From assembly GCA_002269645.1 (NCBI GenBank), contig NIVC01000168.1, positions 124,001-188,000 of the forward strand: 64,000 nucleotides of DNA. Direction: 5' to 3'. The translations under genes and the position numbers were made by a program. The stretch is from Macrostomum lignano. Taxonomy: Eukaryota. Under the pieces are notes generated by a model. The model made no database searches and had not been told where the DNA came from. It saw only the letters and a list, made by a program, of their open reading frames with translations. The first letter of the stretch is position 1. Every line of letters begins with the position of its first letter. Below, one piece after another: positions 13,038 to 23,374 of this stretch.

Positions 13038-14610
13038 AACATCGTCAGTCGTAAAAGTAAAGTGAACGTTTTGATTTTGTTGTGTATTTGAATAACAAAT
13101 GTTGTAACATTTCAATGAATTTCTTCCCGCACAAGAGGATGCTTCTGTCTTAGCTGCTGCCACGGTGGCTTTCGCAGAAATTCCTATTTTATGTTGGATT
13201 TCGATAGCCAAGATCGCCAGGATCGTACGAATTCAACTACTACTACTTATATTAATAAGTGCGATTAAATTGATCATTCTCATTGGGCCTAATGCTGGTT
13301 ACGTTTGCGCCTATTTAAACAAGAATTAGTCGGAAACCAATTTTGCTGATTAGTTTTTTGTCCAATTTTATTTTTTGTTTGATGGGATTAAGTTAAAGTC
13401 GCTAAAACACTACCTTTAATCATCCCTCTATCCGGCTGTCTGGAAAGCTTTTTGACCAATAATAATTAGTTAGAGCGAAAAAACATTATCTGTAATATTT
13501 TACTCAACAAAAATTCAATGAAACCCTTTTTCAAATCGTCTTCCACAATGTTTGTCAGAGTCTATGAGTAGTCTGAGTAGTATGTGCGAGTAGTAAGCTG
13601 GATACAGCAGCACCTCCCGGTCCAGCTGCAGGCTTAGCTGCTGAACTTCCAACTTTAAATATTTAGCGAGTGAAAAAGCACAAATTTTGAACTTTTTGTG
13701 AGTTTCAAATTCGCGGCAGAATTTTTTTTGTTTTAACAAATATTTGCGAGCGTAGAATGTGCCATGTAATTCATTCATAAAACCGCTAATTTTTCTAATC
13801 AAGCTCTCAAATTTCTGAAGATAAAAGCCGCAAGCCAAGATTTTGAGCAATTTGCGAAGCCAAAAAAAGCGCAAAAAAACTTTATCTATCTAAAGTAGTT
13901 AAAGTAATTAAACAAAATTTCCAGGGAGTTTTTTTCAACAAAAAAATTTCATTATCTTTATTTAAATCATTGAAGCATAAAGTCAATCATTTTAATATAT
14001 GGAGTTAGTTTCATAATTTCCTGGTATTTCCATAAAGTGCGCACATCTTTTAGAACCAACTAAGCCTTCAAAACCTTTCTTAGAAACGAAGTCATCCGTC
14101 TTTCGAATTCTATTTTGACTATTGAGCTCGTAAACATCCGATTATGTGTTGACCCTGAATCTAAAATTGGTTTTTTAAACTTTTACTAATATGGATCGTT
14201 TTTTTTCATTATTGCCTACTTATCTAGAATGTGTCAGTAATAGGAACCAAGCTTACATCTAAAATTAAACATTTGATTCTCGATAAGTAAACATGTTTTA
14301 CATTTACAGTGCGCAACGAATTAAAGCCAGACGTCAATTTGCCAGAAACGTTAGGAAATTTTGTCTGACTCCTATCCCAGCCGAGTAGTAAGGACAGCAG
14401 AGATTTTTCAAAATTAACCATGAAGAGATAATTCAGAATTTTATTAAAATCATAACCAACGTGTTAAACTAAAATTCTGTGCTCAAACATTGTATTTACA
14501 GTTTAACAATTTAGCAATACCTTTGTGCGTGACTTCAAAAACTTTCGAAAATCCATCCGACCGCTGCCAACGCATTTTAATTTTGTTTTTAAAAAAAAAT
14601 ATTTTTTTAG

Positions 14611-14753
14611 CGACGGGGACTATGGATTCAGTCAGGGCGCCGCACCGAGTAGTCAGCCGCTAATTATGGAACGGCTGCGCATTCAGGTGTCCGTCATCTC
14701 CATGACCGACTATGAGAGTCTGCAGTACGACAAGGAAAAGCTACGCCTAGCTT
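14611..14753 (+). CDS. DGKZ/DGKI: DGK exon (DGDYGFSQGAAPSSQPLIMERLRIQVSVISMTDYESLQYDKEKLRLA)
   Basis: ttttag|C...T|gtaagt, phase 2-1; matches RLRI.V..IS..DYE...YDKEKLREA. Confidence 0.93.
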
Positions 14754-14827
14754 GTAAGTTTTACCGGAACTTGAAGTTTCATTTTGAGGTTTCTGAGATA
14801 TTTTTATTAAATTATTTTTTTTTGCAG

Positions 14828-14907
14828 CGTACCCTCTGGGTATCATCTTGGTTGAAGTGGACTCGGATCTCGAACACGTTCGAACCCATATTGATCGACT
14901 CGCATCG
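14828..14907 (+). CDS. DGKZ/DGKI: DGK exon (SYPLGIILVEVDSDLEHVRTHIDRLAS)
   Basis: ttgcag|CG...TCG|gtaagc, phase 1-0; matches S.PLG..VV..D.DLE.CR..I.RL. Confidence 0.93.
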
Positions 14908-14933
14908 GTAAGCTGTTCTGAATGTAGGTAGTT

Positions 14934-15835
14934 GTTGCTGTTGTTGAGACGGGGTGCCTAGCAGTGCTGGGGCGTGGATGAGCCCGGAAGAGGATTTGTC
15001 GTTGGGGTGGGGGGGGGGGCCTGGGTGGACTCGGTCCTAGCACCGTCCCTGATTCCACTATGGGTTGGCGGTGTCTTAGTCCATGGACATTGAGCTAGTA
15101 GCCCCAATTAGGTTTCGCTACCAGGCAATGAGTCCTGGTCCCAATCGTGGCCTCTCGGGCTTCGGCCCCTGGCAGTATGGCCCACTTCAATATCTTAGCG
15201 GCAGAGCCCTTCCCTGAGCTGATCCGCGGGGCCCCTAGGCTACCCCCACCTTCAACAACAACAAGAGGATTGCTGGAAGCAGAGTGGGTCCACCAGGGGT
15301 ACTAGACCCGGGCCACTACCTGAGAAATTGGAATCCTCCTTTTCGTAGCACAAGGAAGAGAGCCTAAGCCATAATAGGCAAGATTGGGCTCCATCAAGGG
15401 CGAAAATTTTTGGGGGTCTTTACTGCGAAGCTCAGTTCTTAGTCTTAGTTTGTTGTTCAAGTCCGGCCTCCTCAGAGACCATCATCCACTGACGCAAAAT
15501 ACCCTTTAGACGGAGTCGCTGTAGGCAACCGAAAGAGATCGATTGCACTACTGGGCGGTGCCTGGAATGGATAGCCTGTCGCCAAGGCCGCCGAAAGCAT
15601 TTCCACAGCCTAGGATCCCCGAATTCCTGGCGGGTCCCACTGGCAGGGTACCAGCTTCTGAGGCACAAGCCTTCTAGGTGGTCCATTTACCAGCTCCCAA
15701 CTCAAGTAGGTTCACCTACTGGTAGCTCAAAGCCGCTCACCAGCAATGCAAGATCACCAGTCAGAAGCCCCATGCTGCACCACAACCCTCCGGGCTTAGT
15801 ACGCCAACTCTGGCAATCTCAAAAAGACCGTCTTT
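14934..15835 (-). mobile_element. 902-bp GC-rich non-coding insertion with 13-bp target-site duplication; probable non-autonomous non-LTR retroelement
   Basis: AATGTAGGTAGTT flanks both sides (14921-14933 and 15836-15848). A short (CAA)-like tail on the minus strand sets the orientation only tentatively. No RT ORF recognised. Confidence 0.8.
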
Positions 15836-16017
15836 AATGTAGGTAGTTACGACAGCCTAAAAAATAACTCGTCTAACTAACAAGCTTTCAAAGCAATGAA
15901 AATATGATAGTTGATAGCAAGTCAACTTTACATGTTTTCCTTTTGATATTTTGTTTTAAGCTCTGTAGTTCCTTTTCGATTACTAAAATTTTAATTGTGG
16001 AAAAATATCGTTTTAAG

Positions 16018-16081
16018 GACACCTGTTTGATCACGCAAACCGGAAAATCTCGACTGTCAAACAACTGGGTCTTTCTAGACT
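16018..16081 (+). CDS. DGKZ/DGKI: DGK exon (DTCLITQTGKSRLSNNWVFLD)
   Basis: ttaag|GAC...T|gtaagt, phase 0-1; matches LS.KWCFLD. Confidence 0.88.
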
Positions 16082-16170
16082 GTAAGTAAACACTGTTTAA
16101 AATGTGTCAGTTTTTATGAATAGCTAATATTGAAAACAAGCGTGATTAATCTGTGCACTGTGTCCCACAG

Positions 16171-16408
16171 CCACCACAGCTGAACGATTCTTCCGAATTG
16201 ACAAGCAGCAAGAGTCGTTGCACTTCATCACGGACATCAGCTCGGAAGATCTGTACGTTCTGGACCCGGAGCTGATCACTGGCAGCTCTGACGAACGACT
16301 GTTCCCAGTTGAGCGGGTGCACAGCGAGGAAACTCTTCCAAAGATGCTAGTCCATAGCCCGGATATTGAGGTTGCAGCCAGTCCTGATCCCGACTATCGC
16401 TGCTCCAG
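16171..16408 (+). CDS. DGKZ/DGKI: DGK exon (STTAERFFRIDKQQESLHFITDISSEDLYVLDPEL...)
   Basis: cacag|CC...AG|gtaagt, phase 1-2; matches TTA.RFYRIDR.QEHL.FV.EI..DE...LDP. Confidence 0.93.
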
Positions 16409-16967
16409 GTAAGTAAGCCTTGGTTAATTAATTCCTGGTTTTGTTAATATTTATACTAGGAGTAAAGTGCTACTATTCTTTAAGCAGTTCTAATGCATGC
16501 TTGATAAATTTGTTTAAATTGCGCGAGTGAAACAGTTTACTATTGAAAGTAAACTTGCATGTTTATTAACTTATAGCATGGTTTTTCGATAGAAAAAGTA
16601 CATGTATAGAATCTTATCGGCTTTTGAAATTAGTCTGCAGAAATTTATCCTATTTTAACCTTTTCTGCATGCGACAAGTGTATAGCTTGTCGTACTTTAC
16701 CTAATATAAATATTTCTAAATATATACTACTTAACATTCGAAGGCTATTTAATTTTTTCGCTAATAAATTTAATGCACTAGCACTATATTAATCATCATC
16801 TTTTCTAATCAGGTTATTGTATTAATTTAAATTTTGTGCGTTCTATATATTTACTTACACAACGACACGTTGTTGCACTTAATACGTTTAAAACGGATTT
16901 TCCGCGGAAATTCCGCGGTTTTTCCTTGTCTTAAATCACCTATACGAATATGTACAAATATATGTAG

Positions 16968-17111
16968 GCCATCAGCCAGAAAGGGCAGCGAGGCGGTTGC
17001 CAATCCGCCCCCTTCGGCTGGCTTGCGTCTTCGCTTGCGTCGAGCCACCGCCATTTCGGACAATTTTCTGGCCAAAACAACCGAACAGCAAGAGAAGCCG
17101 GCCTATTCGAG
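16968..17111 (+). CDS. Candidate frame-preserving cassette exon of DGK (RPSARKGSEAVANPPPSAGLRLRLRRATAISDNFLAKTTEQQEKPAYS)
   Basis: tgtag|G...AG|gttggg, 144 nt, phase 2-2 matching both flanking exons; GC-rich island in AT-rich intron. No recognisable homology. Confidence 0.45.
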
Positions 17112-17714
17112 GTTGGGAAAGAAAGGGTTGCTCGTGAGATAGAGGCTTGCTAGTGTTGGAGAGTTAATGTATCGATTGTGTTATGTGTCATAACCTCACT
17201 TTTCTGTCTTTTTATGCCGCCATGTGAACTCTGGTATAGCAAGTAATGAAGTTCCAGTATCTAAAATGATAAATTATTAAGATTCGAAAAGTCTAATTAT
17301 TGTAATGACTATTTGGGAATGACTCTCAAGGTCACTTTGAATGAAAGCACGCCACTGCCTCGTGGAATTATCTCAGATGTCCGCACAACACCAAGCAGTG
17401 AAGTGATTTCAAAGTGACCTTAATAGAATTTCCAGCATTTAGAAACCGACGGAAAAACATTTCAATGTCACCTGAGTTCACATGTCAGAATCAGAATAAT
17501 GTCACTGTTTTGCCTGGTTGGTTGTGTCATCTGACTTTTTTATTAATTTTGTTTTGATTAATTGATAATTAGTCAAAGCGCTTGCTGTTATTGTGACGTT
17601 AAATTTTACGTGTCCGTACATGTACTTGTAACTTGTGACGTACTTTTCCGGCACGCTCTTTTCGATTTGTCGCTGCATACTCGTAGTTTAGATAGTTTAG
17701 CGCATGCGTACGCT

Positions 17715-18075
17715 GGGGGGCCGTAGCCCAGCGGTAGCGCAGCTGCTCTGGTGTGCCGTGACCCAGGCTCGATTCCAAGTGCAGCCACATTAATTTGGGG
17801 CTGAATTGGAATTTCGGCTTGGCTCGCTTGTGCAATTAACGGCCTTGAGAGCCAACTCCCCCAAGGCGCAGTGAAGTGTACATGCCTAACGATAATATAA
17901 AGTTAGGGCCGCTGTACACTCCTGTGTGAGTGTGTGCCTGCGTAACGTATCCTCGCGCTTGTATGCCTGCTCAGGGGAGTCGGCGGAATGGGCAGTAATG
18001 CCTCTCGCCGGTTGTGTGCCAATGACGCTTAAATTGCGCCAGGGTGCACACAACCCCCCTGCCTCTAATAAAAAA
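17715..18075 (+). mobile_element. tRNA-derived SINE-like element, family B, copy 2 (most complete)
   Basis: A-box TAGCCCAGCGG at 17724-17734, B-box-like GGCTCGATTCC at 17766-17776, body shared with other copies, AATAAAAAA tail. Confidence 0.8.
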
Positions 18076-18643
18076 GGCCAATTTAAACAGATAAGGATAT
18101 TAAAGTTCTGGGACTATAAAACCGAGCAAATGTACATTCATCTAAGAGCAGTTGTTGGTTCTCATCAACTTAAGGAATAAGGGCGAGGGTTTTTATTAGC
18201 CCCAATGTACATTAGATGCTTGTATATTGGAGATTAATTGCAAGATAAAAACAAGTGTACAACGTATCTTGGGTTGTTGGTAAGACATAATAATTAGGCT
18301 TAATGCGATATATTTTAAGTTTTAGTGGGTGTTTAATTTTACAAATGAAAGTAATTAAACTTGTGCATCAAAAGTTATTGGATGGCTTTCAGTGTACATT
18401 AATGCAATCTACATAAGAGCATTTTATTTTACCAAAATACATGTACGTTAAGAACTTGAATCACAGACCATTCTAATAGTTTCAAGTACGAACGCAAAAG
18501 TGAAGAAAAACGCAATTTAATTTTCCTGACAAACGCTACAATCTAATATACTAAATTGATACTATAGCTATTGATAAATAGGAGCGCTAAATGCACACTT
18601 GTCACGGGATCCAAACGAATTTTTTAGTCTTATCACTGTTTAT

Positions 18644-19039
18644 CAGTGGCGGCGCAGGGGGGGCGGGGGGGGGGCGGGCTGCCCCGGGTGACCACCCCTC
18701 ACCACCCTCAGGGGGTGACCACCCCCAGGGGTGACCACCCACTTAAAAAAAATTGGTACTTTCGTCTTTACCATATTTTTTCAAAAGTGTGGTCACCCCA
18801 TGGGGCATGGGGGTGGTCACCTGAGACCTCAGGGGGGTGGTCACCCGGTAGGGCCTGTAGGCTGTAAGGGTGGTCACCCTTTGAGGGCGAACCGCGAACT
18901 GGGCCTGGGCGATAACGAATCCTAACGATTTTGGAAAGCTTTTTTTTTGATAATTTTTTCTGGGGGTGACCACCCAGCCGGGGAGAGTGACCACCCAACC
19001 ACCGCCCCCCCCCCAGCTGGAGGTCCTGCGCCGCCACTG
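18644..19039. mobile_element. hAT-superfamily MITE (396 bp)
   Basis: Perfect 15-bp TIRs CAGTGGCGGCGCAGG; 8-bp TSD CTGTTTAT (18636-18643, 19040-19047); nine GTGACCACC-type internal motifs in both orientations; no transposase. Confidence 0.92.
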
Positions 19040-19529
19040 CTGTTTATTATTGTACTTACAGTCCTGCTTGTAAACTTCATAGCTCGTCGTATATAATGTC
19101 ACAAATGCAAAGAGCACCATTCACTAGCATATTTGTCTTATATGCACTCTCTTTGGAAACTGTTTTTTAATAGTTGTAGATCTTAGTATAGTCTAGAAAT
19201 TAATTACATAACTCTAATGTCTAATGTTGCTCATATAAAATAGACAGAAGATACAATTGTTAGATAAAAGTTCGTTTGCTTGTTTGCGTTCTAAGTCTAG
19301 GGAAAATACTTTTGGGCGTTATTAGATATTGCTGAGTGGGACCATCGACAAAGTGTTGCGCTGTTACGCAGTCTCAAGTACCACAAAATACATAGCTACT
19401 CACAAACGTCCCATATACTCGTATGTCTAGTAATTTATATAACCTGTTTCGACTAATCATTAGTATAAATTATCAAAAATTATAGTTCTTCTTGCTTGCT
19501 GTTTTAAGGACTTTTCATCAGACCATCCA

Positions 19530-20170
19530 CCTCGTTCCGCGTCCTTGGGGAAACCCCAGTTTATTGGCTAATATATTTTCAATCCATCCACCCCTCACTC
19601 CGCGTCCTTGGGGAAACCCCAGTTTATTGGCGAATAGATTTTCCATCCTTCAACTATCCGCCTCACTCCGCGTCCTTGGGGAAACCCCAGTTTATTGGCT
19701 AATAGATTTTCCATCCTTCAACTATCCGCCTCACTCCGCGTCCTTGGGAAACCCCAGTTTATTGGCTAATAGATTTTCCATCCTTCAACTATCCGCCTCA
19801 CTCCGCGTCCTTGGGAAACCCCAGTTTATTGGCTAATAGATTTTCCATCCTTCAACTATCCGCCTCACTCCGTGTCCTTGGGGAAACCCCAGTTTATTGG
19901 CTAAAAGATTTTAAATCCATTCATCCCCCTCACATCGCGTCCTTGGGGAAACCCCAGTTTACTGGCTAATAGATTTTCCATCCTTCAACTATCCGCCTCA
20001 CTCCGCGTCCTTAGGGAAACCCCAGTTTATTGGCTAAAAGATTTTAAATCCATTCATCCCCCTCACATCGCGTCCTTGGGGAAACCCCAGTTTATTGGCT
20101 AAAAGATTTTCGATCTTCCAACTATCATCCTCACTCCGCGTCCTTGGGGAAACCCCAGTTTATTGGCTAA
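19530..20170. repeat. ~68-bp minisatellite, about 10 units, with invariant core CGCGTCCTTGGGGAAACCCCAGTTTATTGGC
   Basis: Read directly; the variable halves are related to each other. Confidence 0.93.
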
Positions 20171-20290
20171 AGGATTTTCCATCGTTCTATCCACAATGCT
20201 CCGCTTCAGAAGCCCCGGTTGCTTAGCTAAAGAACTTTCTCCCTTCCATTCCATGCAAATCTACCCAATCAACTTCCGCCATAATCACAG

Positions 20291-20553
20291 CTCGGAGCCC
20301 GGCTCGCCAGACTCTGACAACGCCGCGGCCGTCGGTCCCCCAGTCGGTCAGCTTGTGCGCAGGCGCAACAGTTTCCTATCGGCTATGAATAAAAATCTTA
20401 TCGAAGCTTGCAAACGCGGCTCGCTAGACAAAATGCGATCACTCAGAGACGAGGGCGCGGATCTGTGCGCCGCCGATGGAGGCGGCATGACCTGTCTGCA
20501 TCATGCGACTCGCTTCGGCTACAAGGACATTGTTGCCTATCTCATAGAGAATG
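20291..20553 (+). CDS. DGKZ/DGKI: DGK exon with ankyrin repeat (...LIEACKRGSLDKMRSLRDEGADLCAADGGGMTCLHHATRFGYKDIVAYLIEN)
   Basis: cacag|C...G|gtgaga, phase 2-1; ankyrin G.T.LH.A...G..DIV.YL. Confidence 0.93.
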
Positions 20554-20648
20554 GTGAGAGATCTTATCTTTTTATAAACTTGACATTTTATATACACATT
20601 TCTACTTATATTAGGAGTAAACGAGACAAAATTACCTAATAAATTCAG

Positions 20649-20849
20649 GCCCGCCGCAGCTATTAGACATGATCGACACAGAGAAAGGTCAAACTGCCCT
20701 ACACAAGGCTAGCTGGTATCAGCGAAGGCAGATCTGTCATCTGTTGGTGCAGGCGGGAGCCAGTCTGACCATCACAGATTTCTCCGGCCTGACGCCGAGA
20801 CAGCAGGCGCAGCGGGCTGAGGACAGTGAGCTGGCACTGTGGCTTGAGA
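20649..20849 (+). CDS. DGKZ/DGKI: DGK exon with ankyrin repeats (GPPQLLDMIDTEKGQTALHKASWYQRRQICHLLVQAGASL...)
   Basis: ttcag|GC...A|gtgagt, phase 1-1; matches DGK-iota GPSELLDM.D.E.GETALHKA. Confidence 0.95.
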
Positions 20850-20926
20850 GTGAGTCAAAAATGACCCCCATCATGAGCAAGTCGGAAGGGTCCTACCTGT
20901 TCAATTCTAAATGCAATAATGTGATA

Positions 20927-21635
20927 TTATCTATGGCCTGCTAGCCCAACCCCCATTCTTATTATCTACGGCTTGCTACCCCACTCCCCATTCTTATTAT
21001 CTATGGCCTGCTAGCCCAACCCCCATTCTTATTATCTACGGCTTGCTACCCCACTCCCCATTCTTATTATCTATGGCCTGCTACCCCACTCCCCATTCTT
21101 ATTATCTATGGCTGGCTACCCCACCCCCATTCTTATTATCTATGGCCTGCTACCCCACCCCATTCTTATTATCTATGGCCTGCTACCCCACTCCCCATTC
21201 TTATTATCTATAGCTGGCTACCCCACCCCCATTCTTATTATCTATGGCCTGCTACCCCACTCACTATTCTAATTATCTATGGCCGGCTACCCCACCCCAT
21301 TCTTATTATCTATGGCCTGCTACCCCACTCCCCATTCTTATTATCTATAGCTGGCTACCCCACCCCCATTCTTATTATCTATGGCCTGCTACCCCACTCA
21401 CTATTCTAATTATCTATGGCCGGCTACCCCACCCCATTCTTATTATCTATGGCCTGCTACCCCACTCCCCATTCTCATTTTCTATGGCTGGCTACCCCAC
21501 CCCCATTCTTATTATCTATGGTCTGCTACCCCACTCACTATTCTAATTATCTATGGCCGGCTACCCCACCCCATTCTTATTATCTATGGCCTGCTACCTC
21601 ACTCCCCATTCTTATTATCTATGGCCTGCTACCCT
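20927..21635. repeat. 33-35-bp minisatellite TTATTATCTATGGCCTGCTACCCCACTCCCCATTC
   Basis: Read directly; about 20 units filling the last DGK intron. Confidence 0.95.
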
Positions 21636-21691
21636 TGCCAAAATGGTGCTATTTCTAGGAAAAGCAACAAAAACCGTTTTTCGTATTGCAG

Positions 21692-21744
21692 CTCAGGAGC
21701 ACATGCAGCTGGTCAAGAAGGAGAACCAGGAGACTGAAGTCTGA
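21692..21744 (+). CDS. DGKZ/DGKI: DGK terminal exon (TQEHMQLVKKENQETEV*)
   Basis: ttgcag|CT, phase 1, TGA stop; C-terminal ETEV resembles the ETAV PDZ ligand of DGK-zeta/iota. Confidence 0.9.
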
Positions 21745-22088
21745 TTTGCTAGTACATTTAATCGTTGTTGATTAATCGGCTTTTTTTCTACCCATTTGAG
21801 TCCTTCGTGTCCTTGACGTCATAGCCCTGACACTCTGGTATTACTGGCCGATACAAAAATCAAATCTTTTGAGATTTTCGGCTCAATAATATTCTAGGAT
21901 ATCATATAATTTTTTTCATTTTTATTCGAGCATTATTGTTTTATTTAGCATTGCACTATTTGCTGTGTTTGAGTTGCTTCCTCGGTTTCGGGAAATTCTT
22001 ATTACTCTCAGATAGAACCATATTTTATAGAGGTGAAGCTAAAATTCTGAGAGTAACTCTTACAATTGCTAATTAGACGTACAATTTG

Positions 22089-22853
22089 CCGTTGCTAAGC
22101 GGAATTCCCCGTTGCTAAGTGGAATTCCCCGTTGCTAAGCAGAAATCCACGTTGCTAAGTGGGATTCCCCGTTGCTAAGTGGAATTCCCCGTTGCTAAGC
22201 AGAACTCCCCGTTGCTAAGTGGAATTCGCCCTGTTGCTAAGTTAAATTCCCCGTTGCTAAGCAGAACTCCCTGTTGCTAAGCCAAACTCGCCGTTACTAA
22301 GTAGACTTCTCCGTTACTAAGCCAAACCCTCATTGCCGAGCAGAACCGCCGTTACTAAGCCGAACTCCTCGTTGCTAAGCCAGACTACCGTTGCTAAGCC
22401 AAACTCCCGTTGCTAAGTAGAATTATCCCTTGCTAAGCCGAATCCCCCGTTACTAAGCTGAACTCCCCGTTACTAAGCCGAACCTTCCGTTGCTAAGCAG
22501 AACCCCCGTTGCTGAGCAGGACCCCCGTTGCTAGGTGGAACTCTCAGTTGCTAAGCAGAACCCCCGTTGCTAAGCCAAACTACCGTTGCTAAGCCAAACT
22601 CTCCGTTGCTAAATAGAATTCTCCGTTGCTAAATAGAATTCTCCGTTGCTAAGTAGAATTCTCCGTTGCTAAGTAGACTTCTCCGTTACTAAGCCGAACT
22701 CCCCGTTGCTAAGCCGAACTCCCCGTTGCTAAGCCAAACTCCCCGTTGCTAAGCCAAACTCCCCGTTGCTAAGCAGAAATTTCTATTGATTAACTAGTAG
22801 TCGTTGTTGCTAAGTGAAAATCCCGTTGCTAAACGAAGCTCCCAGTTGCGAAG
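22089..22853. repeat. Degenerate ~20-bp tandem repeat with core CCGTTGCTAAG
   Basis: Roughly 35 GTTGCTAAG/GTTACTAAG cores. Confidence 0.92.
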
Positions 22854-23374
22854 CGCACTGGACTGATTGAAGGCCAGTTGTCATATCTGCTTGTTCCATT
22901 TCCTACATTTTTCTTTGACTTTTGCCAGATTCTGATTGTATTGTTACTAAATCTTTATCTGTAAATTATTTCGTGTGTTTTTTTAGCTTTGTTGTCAGCT
23001 GTTTCTGAACTAAGTCGTTTTCTGAACTAGCTACTTAGCTTAGTAACCATGGACGAAAATTGTCGTAGTGAAGTGAAAATAATTATTTTGCTTTTATTTT
23101 AACAATACTTTGCTTGTATTATTATGTTTTTAAAAGAAATCATTGCGCGTGTAAGACTAGTTTCGTGTGCCACCCAATCACTGCAACTTTTTTAATGCAC
23201 TGGTTTTAATGGATTTGCAGTTCTCAGCAGGATAAGGTATACTTATAGTTGTGAAAAAGCGTTTACATGTATCATGTTTCTTACCGCGCGGTTTTGCATT
23301 TATATTCTTTAACTACTGGACTTTATCAGGTCATACTTCTCTGAAAGTTCACGGCTCGCTCGAGCCCTTGCAGT

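Noticed and set aside
15358-15372. CCTAAGCC as a telomerase template
   Set aside because: Short match to a nematode-type repeat, expected by chance; no other support.
19490-19525. Hammerhead ribozyme core (CTGATGA on the minus strand; similar hits near 45265 and 55310)
   Set aside because: No stem II closed by GAAA and no cleavage-site helices.
19530-20170. CRISPR array
   Set aside because: Intervening segments are related or identical rather than unique, there are no cas genes, and the context is a eukaryotic intron.
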